DNA of 63,886 nucleotides, filler included, from an uncultured bacterium (GCA_964632485.1; 4 parts of 4 records of this genome joined end to end with filler, not necessarily neighbours in it); one strand, 5' to 3'; counted from the first letter of the whole stretch, positions 10,860 through 23,246 are shown. Notes: generated by a model not told the origin, from the letters alone. Numbers and translations are program-made.

Positions 10860-12962
10860 ATGCGTGGAATCATCCGCATCCTGCTGCTGTTTGGCCTGAT
10901 TGTGTGGAGTTCACACATCGCCACCTACGCCCAATCGACCGATACGACCAGCGCCATTGAAGATGAATTGACAGAGTTGCTCAACCAAAAGCATGCCCAG
11001 ATGGCGGGAGGCACCAGTACTGCCGCGAAATATTTTCAATCGACCCAGGAAGCCCCATCTTCCGTATCGATTTTAACCTCGCAGGAAATTGAAATGTTCG
11101 GCTACAATACGTTTGATGAATTGCTTCAAGTGATTCGCAGCTTATATCTGACCTATGACCGGTTTTGGCATTATATCGGCATTCGCGGCTTTGGACGGCC
11201 GACCGATTACAATAACCGGATTTTGCTATTAGTCAACGGCCAGACTGTCAACAATAATATATTCGGCGCAGGTCCGTTCGGCAGTAACCTCGCCATTGAC
11301 ATAGCGATGATTGACCGAGTTGAAATTATTCGTGGTCCCGGTTCTGCTCTTTATGGAACGAATGCCATGTTCGGCGTGATCAATATAATCACCAAAACCG
11401 GTAAAACGCTCGATGGTGGAATATTCACAGGCGCTTATGGCTCCGATAACCGCCGGCAGGTCTCGTTCAGCGGGGGCAAGCGGTTGGGTGGAATTCAGTT
11501 TGCTCTTTCCGCCAATTATGCTGATATCGACGGACACGATTTAGAATTCCCCCCCTTCCAAGGGAAAAGCGTAGGAGCTGATAACGAAGAATATCAGGGA
11601 ATCCATCTAAATCTTCAGAGTGGACAGTTGAGTTTACAGGGGCATTGGGCCGAACGGGACAAGGGTATCCCCAATGCTCCCTATCGATCCAATTACAATG
11701 ATAAAAACTGCCACGGAAAGGAAACGAACGGATTTGCCGAAATCAAATACGATTTGGACTGGGGACTGGATAAAAGCCTGATGACCCGAATCTATATCAA
11801 TCATTTTAAATACGACGCCTTTTATCCATTTTCCCAATTCCCGTTGGGAACAACCTACCTTCCCTTGTATTTCCGTTCCCACGCTCTATTTGAAGGCAAT
11901 TACTGGGGCGGCGAATTCCAATTCAAGTGGGAAATCGGACTGAATAATCGCTTGACGGCAGGTATCGCTTATCGGGAAAATTCCAAGGTGAAAAATAGTT
12001 TCGAATATCTGTTCGATACAGCTCAATACGCCGGCTACGCTGCCATGTTGGGCGCTTACGGCATCACCAACCCCTTTACCGACCCGAACCGGGGCGGGGA
12101 TTTTCCCTTCTCGATTCTATCTTTTTACGCCCAGGACGAATTCATTCCCTTTGACCAGCTTTCTCTGACCGTCGGTATCCGTCGGGATCAGTATTCCGAT
12201 TTGGGGCAAAATGTGAAAAATCAAACAATGCCCCGTTTAGCAGCGGTCTGGCACCCTTTCCATGAAACATCCATCAAACTTCTTTATGGACAGGCCTACC
12301 GTGTGCCGAACGCAGATGAACTCTATTTCGACAAAGTCGGAATTGTCAATAACGATTCTTTGACATCCGAATTGATCAAAACCTATGAATTTGTTGCTGA
12401 ACATCGATTCAGCGAGAATCTGAGCGCAACAGCCGCCCTCTATCATTATACCATGTCAGACCTGATCGATAAAAAACCCATCTCCCAATCCGAAGTCCGC
12501 TTTTACAATCTGAGTGAAGTTTCAGCGACCGGATTTGAGTTGGAGTGCAACTATAAATGGGGAACCGATGTAGTTGCTTATGGCAATTATCTATTGCAGA
12601 AAGCGGAGAACACCACTGACGATCAGGAACTCAGCAACTCCCCACAACATGTGGCCAAACTCGGCGTCGCTTATGTAGTCGCGAAACTTTTCAGCGCCGC
12701 TTTTGAACTTCAGTATGAGACGGCTCGTTATACGAAAAGTAGAGAGAAAAGCGATAATATCCTCCTGGCGAACCTCTATCTGAAAAGCAGGCCGTTGGCC
12801 CGATATTTCCAGCTCTTTTTTAAAGTAAAAAATCTATTCAACCAGGAATATCAATATCCCGCCGGATTTGAGCATTTTGGCCCTTATCCCTACACCGTGC
12901 CCCTGGATATGATTCCCCAGGATAAGTTGACATTTTTAACCGGTCTGCAAATCAGAATCTGA
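10860..12962 (+). CDS. TonB-dependent receptor
   Basis: Signal peptide; plug motifs IGIRGF...ILLLVNG and IDRVEIIRGPGSALYG; beta-barrel C-terminus VKNLFNQEY. Confidence 0.93.
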   Translation: MRGIIRILLLFGLIVWSSHIATYAQSTDTTSAIEDELTELLNQKHAQMAGGTSTAAKYFQSTQEAPSSVSILTSQEIEMFGYNTFDELLQVIRSLYLTYDRFWHYIGIRGFGRPTDYNNRILLLVNGQTVNNNIFGAGPFGSNLAIDIAMIDRVEIIRGPGSALYGTNAMFGVINIITKTGKTLDGGIFTGAYGSDNRRQVSFSGGKRLGGIQFALSANYADIDGHDLEFPPFQGKSVGADNEEYQGIHLNLQSGQLSLQGHWAERDKGIPNAPYRSNYNDKNCHGKETNGFAEIKYDLDWGLDKSLMTRIYINHFKYDAFYPFSQFPLGTTYLPLYFRSHALFEGNYWGGEFQFKWEIGLNNRLTAGIAYRENSKVKNSFEYLFDTAQYAGYAAMLGAYGITNPFTDPNRGGDFPFSILSFYAQDEFIPFDQLSLTVGIRRDQYSDLGQNVKNQTMPRLAAVWHPFHETSIKLLYGQAYRVPNADELYFDKVGIVNNDSLTSELIKTYEFVAEHRFSENLSATAALYHYTMSDLIDKKPISQSEVRFYNLSEVSATGFELECNYKWGTDVVAYGNYLLQKAENTTDDQELSNSPQHVAKLGVAYVVAKLFSAAFELQYETARYTKSREKSDNILLANLYLKSRPLARYFQLFFKVKNLFNQEYQYPAGFEHFGPYPYTVPLDMIPQDKLTFLTGLQIRI

Positions 12963-12975
12963 GAGAGGAGAGAAC

Positions 12976-13530
12976 ATGTTTAAAAAGTGCTTATTCCTTT
13001 TAATGCTCGTCTCCGCCATTTGGGCTCAGTCGATGGAAGTGCCGGTGGACGTTCAGATAAATTTATACATGAAAATTTTAAATTTTGACCGCAATTTGAC
13101 AAGCCGTACTCAAAACAATATGGTCATCGGGGTTATTTTTCAAACTAAAAATAAAACCTCCGAAGAGGCTAAAGATCAATTCATCAGCGGGATCGCAAAG
13201 ATTTCCGGAGGAAAAATCAAAGAAGTCAGCGTCCGCTCTGTGGAGATTGATATTGCCTCAAATCCGAATTTATCAACTGCCATTCAGGGAGTCAACGCGC
13301 TATACATCACGCCGATGCGGGCAGTGGACATCCAACAGATTTGCACAATTGCCCAATCGCGCAAAATCGCTACCTTCACCGGAGTTGAGTCGTATGTAGA
13401 GGAGGGCATCAGTACGGGGATTGGTTCTCAGGGCGGCAAACCGAAGATTCGTATCAATCTGAATTCCGCAAAGGCGGAAGGCGTTGAATATGAAGCCACA
13501 ATTCTCAAGATCGCCGATCTGATTCAATAA
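12976..13530 (+). CDS. YfiR-family (DUF4154) periplasmic protein
   Basis: Signal peptide; C-terminal GKPKIRINLNSAKAEG...ILKIA typical of YfiR-like proteins; directly follows the TonB receptor. Confidence 0.75.
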   Translation: MFKKCLFLLMLVSAIWAQSMEVPVDVQINLYMKILNFDRNLTSRTQNNMVIGVIFQTKNKTSEEAKDQFISGIAKISGGKIKEVSVRSVEIDIASNPNLSTAIQGVNALYITPMRAVDIQQICTIAQSRKIATFTGVESYVEEGISTGIGSQGGKPKIRINLNSAKAEGVEYEATILKIADLIQ

Positions 13531-13633
13531 TTGTCTGATCCAATCGCCCATGGGTTGGAAATAAACCGAATTATCAATATTAGCGGCTGACAGACGTTAA
13601 TAATTATCCGGTTTTTCATTTAGAACTAGAACA

Positions 13634-13669
13634 TATCTCCCGCCCGAACTCTTTTTGGGGCGGGAGATA
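13634..13669. terminator. Hairpin between convergent genes, probable bidirectional terminator
   Basis: TATCTCCCGCCC / GGGCGGGAGATA perfect 12-bp inverted repeat. Confidence 0.65.
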
Positions 13670-13674
13670 CCCCT

Positions 13675-14190
13675 TTACTCCACTATAAATTCATAATAGA
13701 TGCCAAAATCATTGGCCGCGCTATAAAGCGACTGCATTTCATTGAATTTTGACATATTTTTCAGGATAGTAGCGGGATTTGTTTCCGGACTGACGCCCAG
13801 CGATTGATCGCTATTCAACACCAACTGGATTCCATACAGATTATGAAACTCTTTAGTAAAATCACCGGCAAGGGTTTTGGCGATATGAATCTTCAGTTTG
13901 CAAACATCCTCGATGGCATTTACATCTTTATCAACTGTTGATACAGTTTTTTCCAAAAATTCTTTATACAAGGCGACATATTTCCCACATTGTCCATGCA
14001 GAACTGAAAAAGCAGGAATCAGACAGCTTCCGCCCTGACTGGTGAGCATAAAACTGCCGTCCACCAAAGACACCCGGATATCCGCCGTGTTCTTTTCTCC
14101 TTCAGCCAGAATAAGAGACGAAACAGAAATCACGAACAAAAACGTTAGAAATACGATACGCTTCATTTGACGCTCCTTTTTAAATTTCAT
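13675..14190 (-). CDS. Hypothetical secreted protein
   Basis: MKRIVFLTFLFVISVSSLILA signal peptide behind an AGGAG RBS (true start probably the second Met). Confidence 0.7.
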   Translation of the reverse strand: MKFKKERQMKRIVFLTFLFVISVSSLILAEGEKNTADIRVSLVDGSFMLTSQGGSCLIPAFSVLHGQCGKYVALYKEFLEKTVSTVDKDVNAIEDVCKLKIHIAKTLAGDFTKEFHNLYGIQLVLNSDQSLGVSPETNPATILKNMSKFNEMQSLYSAANDFGIYYEFIVE

Positions 14191-14238
14191 CTGCTTTGAT
14201 TCAGGTTACGAGCTAACTGGAATCACTGTGTTTTATAG

Positions 14239-14255
14239 TTGCAATTATCATGCCA
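14239..14255 (-). promoter_or_regulatory. sigma54 -24/-12 promoter
   Basis: Minus strand TGGCATGATAATTGCAA matches TGGCAC-N5-TTGCW and lies just upstream of the 13675-14190 gene. Confidence 0.7.
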
Positions 14256-14581
14256 CAAGAAATATGCCAGTGTTATTAAATTGGGAGCTACATATCATAA
14301 ATATTTTTACACTTTATATAAATATCCTGATTTCGATCTTAATCAAGCAATGAATATCGCCGCCTACAGGATAATTAAGGTCCCCACAGTAACAGTACTG
14401 GAAATTAGCGATAGAACTGAACAAATTATAAACAATGATATACTTTAAGAGAAAATTTCAACAAAATAATAATTTGACATTCATCGGAATTCTTTTTATA
14501 TTCCTGATTGAGGTTGCTTATTTACAAGACCTCGATTCTGATTTATTGAAAAGCGGTATTTTTAGATGTAAATAAAAGGAA

Positions 14582-17023
14582 TTGATGATGAGTGGTGGAA
14601 ACCAAAAGACAATTCTTCTCGTTGAAGACGAAATTCTGATCGCCCTATCTGAAAAAATGACCCTTGAAAGATATCAGTATAACGTCATCACCGTGAATAC
14701 CGGCGAAAAAGCGATTGAAATCATTGAAAAAAATCCCGACATAAATTTGATTCTGATGGATATTGATCTGGGTAAAGGCATTGATGGAACGCAAGCCGCG
14801 GAAATTATCTTAAAGGATCGGGATATTCCAGTGGTTTTCCTTTCCAGTCACGCTGAACCCGAAATTGTGGAAAAAACGGAAAAAATCACATCTTATGGCT
14901 ATGTCGTGAAAAGTTCAAGCAACACCGTTCTTGATGCTTCAATCAAGATGGCGTTCAAACTTTTTGACTCAATGATGAAGACGAAGGAGAAAGAAGAGGC
15001 ATTACAGAAAAGCAGCGAAACGACTGAAAAATATTTAAACGTAGTCGCAGAGATCATTATCTCCCTCGATACTCATGGAACAATAACCTTATTGAACGAT
15101 AGCGGACACAAACTTTTGGGCTGGGAAACCGGTGAACTGGTTGGTAAAAACTGGTTTGATGTATGTCTGCCAATGGAAAATCAAAGTGAAGTGCGAAATG
15201 TTTTTAACATACTCATGAGCGGAAATATCGAAAATGTTGCCAATTATGAAAATACTGTAGTTACAAAAAGTGGAAAAGTAAAAATAATCAGTTGGCATAA
15301 CGTAATACTTACGGATAATCATGGAACAATCACCGGATTACTGAGCTCCGGACAAGATATTACAGAACACAACCGGGTGCAAGCAGCGCTTTTCGAAAGT
15401 GATGTCAGATATAGGAGTTTTGTTGAACACAGCAGCGAAGGTATTTATAGAATTGAAATTGCCCCTCCTGTATCGATTGATTTACCCCCAGACGAACTTA
15501 TCCGTATAATAAATGAGCGGGCTGTTGTTACTGAAGTCAATAACGCGCTGGCGAATATGTATTCTCTTTCACCGGATCAAATGATTGGACGATTGGCCAT
15601 AGACTTTGCGCCTAACTACGGCAAAAGAGCCATCCTGGTATTACAGAATCAGAAACATCAAGTCGTTAATGAGGAAACAATAGATACTGATAGGGAGGGC
15701 CGACCCATTTTCCTGGAAGAAAGCTATCATGGCGAAGTCATTGATGGTCAGCTTGTTAGAATTTGGGGTGTTCAACGGAATATCACTGAACGCAAATTGA
15801 CAGAGAATGAGCTAAAGAAAAAAACCCGGGAACTCAATCTTATCTTTGATACTGTTCCCGCGATGATTTGGCAAAAAGATGAACACGGAAAATATCTGCA
15901 GGTAAACAAAACATATTGTGATATAGTTGGGATATCCAAAGAAAATATATTGGGTAAAACGGATTATGATCTTTATCCTCAAGAGATTGCCGACATATAT
16001 GTGAACGATGATAAAAAAGTTCTACATACAGGGAACCCTCTTAAAGGAATTGAAGAGCGCCATAAAAAAAAATCCGGGGAATATGGATGGAGCTTGACCC
16101 ATAAACAAATCGTCAATAGCATTGAGGGGGAACTTGTCGGAACTATGGGTTTTGCTTTAGATATTACCAAAAGAAAACAGATAAAAAAATCCCTGGAGGA
16201 CAACGAAAGTTTACTGAGAAACATTATTGATTCCTCTACTGATTACATTTTTGTAAAGGATACTAATTTACGTACTATACTATGTAATAAAGCGTTTGCT
16301 AAAACTTTTGGGAAACAACCTTCTGAGTTTATAGGTAAAACGGACATTGAAAATGGTTGGGATGCTGAACTTGTCGAAGGAAATCCTGAGAAGGGAATAA
16401 GAGGGTATAAACATGACGACCTTGACGCTTTAAGCGGAAAAATTGTTCAAAATGTTGATAAAGCCTTTATTTCCGGAGAAATTCATTTCTTTGATTCTAT
16501 TAAAGTCCCAATCAAAAATGAGAGCGGCGAAATTTTTGGCATTCTTGGAATCAGCAGAGACGTTACCGATCGCAAGAGGATAGATGAGAAGATTCAGAAA
16601 AATGAAGAACTGTTAAGGATTATAACTGAAACTATACAAGATGCAATTTTTGCAAAGAATATAAATCGCGAATACATTTTTGTAAATCCTGCAGCAGTAA
16701 AAATCCTTGGTTTACCCATTGAAAATATTATTGGTAAAAAAGCAGAAGATATCTTTACCCTCGAAAATTGCCAAAAAATTAAAGAAGTGGACGATATAAA
16801 TTTTCAGGGCAAAGCAGTCGATCAGATTAAAAGTCTTACGATTGGAGGGGAAGAAATCTATTTTCAGACAACCCAAAGTCCGATATATAATGTTAATAAT
16901 GAAATAATAGGAATAGCTGGAGTCGTAAAAAACATAACTGAAATTGTAAAAACAGATGAAAAAATTAACCAGTTATTGAAAGAAAAAGAACTCCTCCTCA
17001 AAGAAATTCATCACAGCAAGTAG
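14582..17023 (+). pseudogene. REC plus multi-PAS sensor kinase truncated at the HisKA_2 H-box
   Basis: Receiver and about five PAS/PAC repeats; ends ...KELLLKEIHHSK* where HHRVKNN and the HATPase domain are expected. Confidence 0.8.
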
Positions 17024-17173
17024 GATCACTGTTTTTTTTAAAATTAAAAGTTTGACATTAACAGAGATTTCAATTATATTCATAAAGTGTTGTATGTTTG
17101 TTTAACACTGCGCGCCGCGCCGGACCAAACGAGACTAAATCATGGAACTTTTCAACTTACCGGAGATAATTTA

Positions 17174-20100
17174 ATGAATGAAGCCCATTTGAAAGCGCTT
17201 CTGAGCTGCCCGCTGCTCGGATATGCCCACCACCGGATTGTTCTCGATGATCAGGGTAAACCGGTCGATTATGAATTTCTGGAAGTCAATACAACATTTG
17301 AAAACCTAACCGGGTTGAAAAAAGAGAACATCATTAACCGTACGGTCAGGGAAGCCATTCCAGGTATTGATAAAGGAGATTTTGACTGGATCAGTTACTA
17401 TGGTGAAGTGGCGCTCAATAGTGGAGAAAAGGTGTTTGAGCAGTATTCAGACCTGCTGAAAAAGTGGTACCGGGTTCATGTTTATTCCTCGGAAAAGATG
17501 TATTTCACAACCATGTTTCTGGATATCGCCGACAATTTGGAAAAAGAGATTGAACTGACCCAGAGCCGCAATCAATTTGAATCTCTGGTAAACAACCTTC
17601 CCGGAATTGTTTACCGCTGCCAAAACGATCCGGACTGGACCATGCTCTACATGAGTTCCGAAGTAAGTTCTATTACAGGTTATTTAGCAAGCGAACTTCT
17701 CAACAACTCGATTATCTCATATAGCTCCATAATTGATCCGGATGACAGTTCAATGGTTGCCGATGCAGTCAATGCAGGTATCTCAGCCGATAAAGCCTGG
17801 TTAGTGGAGTATCGGATCCGGCGCAAGGATGGCTCGATCCGTTGGGTTTACGAGAAAGGACATGCTGTCCGCGATAAGGATGGGTCGGTTTGCTATCTGG
17901 ACGGATTCATTCTGGATATTACCGCGCAGAAAAAGTCGGAAGAGATAATCAAAGAAAATGAACAATTGCAACGGTCAATTCTGAACAGTATCGCGGTAGG
18001 CGTACTCCTCATTGACCCGAAAACCCGGATTATTGAAGTTGCAAATGATTATGCGGCAAAAATGATTAATGAATCCGCGGAAAACATTATTGGAAAAATT
18101 TGCCACTCTTTTATTTGTCCCGCTATGGAAAATAGCTGTCCGATATGCGACAAGAACCAGGAGATTGATAATTCTGATAAAGTCTTGTTGCGGTCTGACA
18201 GTAGTCAGCTTTCAATTTTAAAAACGGTTAAGAGAATACAGATACATGGAAAAGAGAAACTGCTTGAGAGTTTCATTGATATTTCCGAGAGAAAAAACTT
18301 TGAGGAGGAGATCAAGCTGATTTCCAACCGTCTGGCATTAGCGACACAAGCGGGGGGTGTGGGTGTCTGGGATTATGATGTTGTCAACAATGTTCTGGTG
18401 TGGGACGACCAGATGTTCGCCCTCTATGGTATAAAAAAAGAGAATTTTCTGGGCGCCTATGAAGCATGGCAAAATGGTCTTCATCCGGATGACAAAAAAA
18501 GAGGCGACGATGAAATTATGCTGGCCTTAAAAGGTGAAAAAAATTTTGATACAGAATTCCGTATCGTATGGCCCAATGGAGAGGTTCGCAATATCAGGGC
18601 AATGGCGCAGGTTGATCGGGATGCATGGGGCAAGCCCTTGCGGATGATCGGCACTAATTGGGATATCACCGGGCAAAAGAGGATTTTAGAAGAACTCCTC
18701 AAAGCCAAAGAAGCCGCCGAAACCGCTAATAAATCCAAANNNNNNNNNNGGCTAATATGAGCCATGAAATCCGGACACCCCTTAATGGCGTCATTGGATT
18801 TACTGATCTTCTACAGAGCACCCCCCTTTCACCGGTTCAGGATCAATATGTCAGAAATGCCAATACATGCGGGCATACATTGTTGGGCATTATAAACGAT
18901 ATTCTTGATTTTTCCAAAATTGAAGCCGGTATGATGGATTTGGAAATTATCAAGACAGATATAATAGAACTCCTGGAACAAAGCGTGGATATCATAAAAT
19001 ACACGGCAGCAAAAAAAAAGCTGGAAGTATTGCTGAATATCGATTCTTCCATGCCCCGTTTTGCCTTTGTTGATCCGGTGAGACTCAAACAGATCATTGC
19101 CAATCTGATGGGCAATGCCGTAAAATTTACAGCTAAGGGCGAAATTGAACTTAAAGTCAACTATGAAGATGCCGGTAACAACAAAGGCAGGTTCAGCTTT
19201 TCAGTCCGCGACACCGGAATAGGTATTACCGAAGAACAGCGGTCAAAATTGTTTAAGGCTTTCAGTCAGGCTGACAGCTCGACTACCCGTAAGTTTGGTG
19301 GAACTGGCCTTGGTTTGATTATTTCAGAAATGATTGCGAAAAAAATGGGGAGTGAAATCAGAATAAAGAGCGCCCTAGGCAAAGGCGCCACTTTCTATTT
19401 TGATATTGTTACACCCGTTGAGTATGGCGAAAAATTCGACAGCGCCACCCTGCAAACCATCAAACGCTGTTTTGTAATCGACGACAATGACAATAACCGT
19501 ATGATACTGGAACATTTAATGGCAAACTGGGGTATCGAATGCGATAGTTGCGATAATGGCTTAACCGCGCTTAAATTAATCGAAGCCTCCGAACAACCGT
19601 TTGATGTAATCATTTGCGATTATCACATGCCGTACATTGATGGCCTGGAAACTATAAAAATGGTCCGTGAAAAATTACAATTATCACCGGAGAAACAACC
19701 CATTATTCTTTTGCATTCCTCTTCAGATGATGAGGAACTGCATAAAAAATGCAATGAACTGGGTGTCAGATTCACGCTGACAAAACCAATCAAGTCAGAA
19801 GAGCTTTACCGCTATCTGCAACTTATCCATACGCCGGACTCCGAGGATAAAAGCGCTGGCAAAACTCTAATTGAAGCTCTGAATGCAAAACCTGTTACTA
19901 TATTAATCGCTGAAGACGCTCCTATCAATATGGCGCTGATTAAAGCCATTCTCCAAAAGTTAACGCCCAATGCGGAAATTCTTGAGACAACGAATGGAGA
20001 AGATACGCTGGATATGGCGATAACGCAAAAACCCGATATCATATTGATGGATATTCAAATGCCAAAAATGGATGGAATAGAGTCAACAATGGAAATACGT

Positions 20101-20248
20101 AAATTTGAACACAGAACAGAAGGCCATATTCCTATTATCGCATTAACCGCGGGAGCGGTTAAAGGGGAAGAAGAAAAGTGCCGGGAAGCCGGAATGGATG
20201 GGTTTCTAACAAAACCGATTGATCAGAAAGCCCTGTACAGACTACTTA
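17174..20248 (+). CDS. Hybrid histidine kinase (multi-PAS, HisKA, HATPase, two REC domains); split by the N gap at 18740-18749 and cut by the contig end
   Basis: AKEAAETANKSK|gap|MSHEIRTPLNGVIG; NLMGNAVKFT, DTGIGI, GGTGLGL; two receiver domains. Confidence 0.9.
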
Positions 20249-20348
20249 NNNNNNNNNNNNNNNNNNNNNNNNNNNNNNNNNNNNNNNNNNNNTTAATTAA
20301 TTAANNNNNNNNNNNNNNNNNNNNNNNNNNNNNNNNNNNNNNNNNNNN
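20249..20348. other. Assembly contig junction (N spacer with all-frame-stop linker)
   Basis: 44 N + TTAATTAATTAA + 44 N. Confidence 0.97.
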
Positions 20349-20430
20349 GGGCGTGGGTTTTTCCCGGGAGGAACGCAATATCTCGGGCTGGCTTGTCGGG
20401 TAGCTTATTCGATTACTATTATATCCCCTT

Positions 20431-20750
20431 GACATTCCGAACTTTATTGCCAGTGCGGCTCGCACCCTGAATCCATCTGCTTTCTATCATTTCGTACTCT
20501 CTAATCCGTCATTCCGGATTTGATCCGGAATCTATCTTTATCTACCCATGGATGCCGGATCGTGTCCGGCATGACGTTGTTGATCTACCCGTGGATGCCG
20601 GATCAAGTCCGGCATGACACTCGAGGTTCATGGACTCCGGGCCGGTGTCCGGAGTCCATGGTATTTATTGTTTTCTCTTCTTGGTGGCACACCCCACCCT
20701 TCCTCCGTCATTCCGGACTTGATTGCCAGTGCGGCTCGCACCCGGAATCT
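20431..20750. repeat. Cluster of REP-like palindromic repeats
   Basis: GTCATTCCGGAYTTGAT..CCGGAATC and GGATGCCGGATC..GTCCGGCATGAC copies, CATGGACTCCGG..CCGGAGTCCATG palindrome, two copies of TTGCCAGTGCGGCTCGCACCC. Confidence 0.8.
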
Positions 20751-20900
20751 ATCTCCTTTTATTCTTCGTAGCGGCGCGGCTTCAGCCCGCCTTCCTCCAA
20801 GACGCAAGCTGAAGCATTCGGCTACAAAGAAAAGGCCATGCCATCTCCATCCTGCCATTGCATGGGCGCCTCGCGCGGGTATGCGGCCCCGCGGGCGGGC

Positions 20901-23003
20901 TCAGCGCACCAGCATCATGCTACCCGAGGCCTGGTGCGCGCCGTAGCTGATGCGGTAGAGATAGACGCCGGAACCGGCGGGCGCGCCGCTCTGGTCGCGG
21001 CCGTCCCAGACCACTTCATACGCGCCGTGGTTGGGCTGGCAGGCGACGTCGTACTCGCGCACCAGGCGGCCGTCCACGGCATAGATGCGCACCCGGGCCC
21101 GGTCCGCGCCGGCTTCGTAGCGCAGGTGGAAGCGGATACGGGTGGTGGCGTTGAAGGGATTGGGATAGTTGGGTTCGATGATGATCGATTTTTTCTTCAT
21201 GTCGAGGTTTTCGTACTCGTCCACCGAAGTGGGATCGACATAGAAGGCGGTATAGGGCGTGAGTATCTGGTAGCGGATACTGAGGGCGATGATGGCTTCG
21301 ATCAGTTCGTCGCTTTCGCCGTAGAGTTCGATCAGATTGAGCAGGTCGTTGATTTTTTCGCGCGCCCACAAGCGGGTGACGAAGAGGTAACCGGATCCGC
21401 CCTCGGTATTGAAGCTCAGGCTTTTCGAGGCGGAAAATTCCTGGTCGTTCATGTCGCCATCGAGGGTGACGGTTTTCGCGCCGCCGGTCTGATAGCGGCC
21501 GGTGATCCAGAGCTGGGAGCCCACGAACAGGTTGCCCAGGGCGCCGAGCCCGGGATAGTTGTCGGTGGTCAGCAAGCCGCCCATGTCGATTTCCAGGTTG
21601 CCCATCACCGGATCGGTGAAGCGCCGGATCATTTTTTCCATTTCAGCGCTGATGTTGTCATCGCTTTCGATGAAGGTGGCATAGCCGCCGTTTTGCGATG
21701 AAATCATCTTCAACAAGTACTTTTTGATGTCCTCGCCCAGTCCGATGGTGAAAATCCCGGCATTTTTGGAATTGGCGGCGGCTACGGTATCCAGAATCGT
21801 CTGCGGGTCGGTTATGCCCACCGTGGGTTCGCCGTCGGTCAGGAACAGGATCACCTTGGTGCGGTTTTCGCCGTAATTCATTTTCACAGCCTGCAGCAGG
21901 GCGTCGGCGATATTGGTCAGGCCCTGGGCCGAGAGGGAATATACATAGCTTTTGGCGGCGGTCTTTTTTGTTTCGCCGGCATAGACCAGAGTGTCCTGGA
22001 ATTTGCTGGTGTTGGTGCTGAAGGCCAGGATGTTGAAGCGGTCCTCTTCCTCCAAATGGTCGATGAAGTAGTTCAGGGAGCTTTTCAATTGCTCCATGCG
22101 CGTGCCCAGCATGCTGGAGGAGATATCGGCCACGAACACGATGTCGCGGGGCATGGCCTGATCCGTGGTGATCTCGTTGGGCGGGCTGATCCACAGGGTA
22201 TAGAAGCCGTCCGCGCCCATCGAATCCTGCACCGTGGGGAAATAGGTCAGCAGATTGAAGTCAATCTCGTCGCGCTGGATTTCGTATTGCAGAACCAGGT
22301 CTTCCGCGGGGATATAGTTTTCGTCGCCGTAAACGACCTGATACTGGTAGTCGGAGACTTGGGTGATCGAGGTCGAGGTGTTGTGCTGATGCGAGGGCGA
22401 GGTGAAGCTGACGAATTTCTTGCCGGTGGTGGCGGTCAGCGAAACGAACACTTTATCCAGCGCTTTGGGCGTCCAGTTTTCCGAGTTGAGCAGCAGTTTG
22501 TATTCGCATTTTCCAAAGTCGTAGCCGACCGGTTCGATGTAGGTGAATTCGAAGTGCACTTCGCTGTTGGCATTGATGGGCGCAATGTTCAGCTTGAATA
22601 GGTTTTCGCCGATCTCCTCCAGCAGGGCCGGGTCGATGAGCTGGCGGATGCGGTTGTTGTACTCCTGTTCGGCTTCCTCGCGGATTTTGATTTCCGCCTT
22701 GTATTTCTGGCCGTTGAACCAGTAGAAAAACTCGGTGATGACGGCGTTTTCCGGCAGGGGGAAGATGGAAATCGCCTCGATCTGGTAGCTGTTGTCGTTA
22801 TAGAATTTCTGGTCGACGCGCGTTTCGGCGATCTGCTCGTTGATGGTGGTTTGCACTTCGTAGGATTTGATCCACAGGGCGCGGTAGGCTTCGCTGCTCT
22901 GCCACCAGGAGAGCCGGCGCGAATACATGACGCCAATGGCCTGGAGCGATACTAGCTCAGCGCCGAGCAGGATGATGGCGATGATGAGACTGAGTCGTTT
23001 CAT
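20901..23003 (-). CDS. Secreted VIT + vWA domain protein with FlgD-Ig/T9SS-type C-terminal domain
   Basis: Signal peptide; VIT (FPLPENAVITEF); MIDAS DISSSM and FLTDGEPTVG; NYPNPFN...WDGRDQSGAPAGSGVYLY tail. Confidence 0.9.
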   Translation of the reverse strand: MKRLSLIIAIILLGAELVSLQAIGVMYSRRLSWWQSSEAYRALWIKSYEVQTTINEQIAETRVDQKFYNDNSYQIEAISIFPLPENAVITEFFYWFNGQKYKAEIKIREEAEQEYNNRIRQLIDPALLEEIGENLFKLNIAPINANSEVHFEFTYIEPVGYDFGKCEYKLLLNSENWTPKALDKVFVSLTATTGKKFVSFTSPSHQHNTSTSITQVSDYQYQVVYGDENYIPAEDLVLQYEIQRDEIDFNLLTYFPTVQDSMGADGFYTLWISPPNEITTDQAMPRDIVFVADISSSMLGTRMEQLKSSLNYFIDHLEEEDRFNILAFSTNTSKFQDTLVYAGETKKTAAKSYVYSLSAQGLTNIADALLQAVKMNYGENRTKVILFLTDGEPTVGITDPQTILDTVAAANSKNAGIFTIGLGEDIKKYLLKMISSQNGGYATFIESDDNISAEMEKMIRRFTDPVMGNLEIDMGGLLTTDNYPGLGALGNLFVGSQLWITGRYQTGGAKTVTLDGDMNDQEFSASKSLSFNTEGGSGYLFVTRLWAREKINDLLNLIELYGESDELIEAIIALSIRYQILTPYTAFYVDPTSVDEYENLDMKKKSIIIEPNYPNPFNATTRIRFHLRYEAGADRARVRIYAVDGRLVREYDVACQPNHGAYEVVWDGRDQSGAPAGSGVYLYRISYGAHQASGSMMLVR

Positions 23004-23246
23004 GGTTCCTCCCTTTATCAGGGTTTAAAGTTAAGAGTTTGCTCACTTACCGATGGTGCATTATTGAATTGTATTTTCTGTTCCATATCGAAACAAAATT
23101 GAATCCTTTCTCCTGTCCAGCAAGATAATCCATTGTTCGGCAGAGAATAATTTCGCTTGATATTGGCAAATTCCATTTTTCGCATTTTTGTGAACCCGTT
23201 AAATTTTTTTACCCGGGCGAAAAAATTTTACTCGCTTCATGGATGC

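Noticed and set aside
20293-20304. TTAATTAATTAA palindrome (also at 33242 and 61808)
   Set aside because: Artificial all-frame-stop linker inside N spacers; adjacency across these joins is not biological evidence
17087-20304. Two separate genes (17087-18760 and 18757-20304)
   Set aside because: The break coincides with a 10-N gap in the conserved KSxFLANMSHE motif; this is one hybrid kinase
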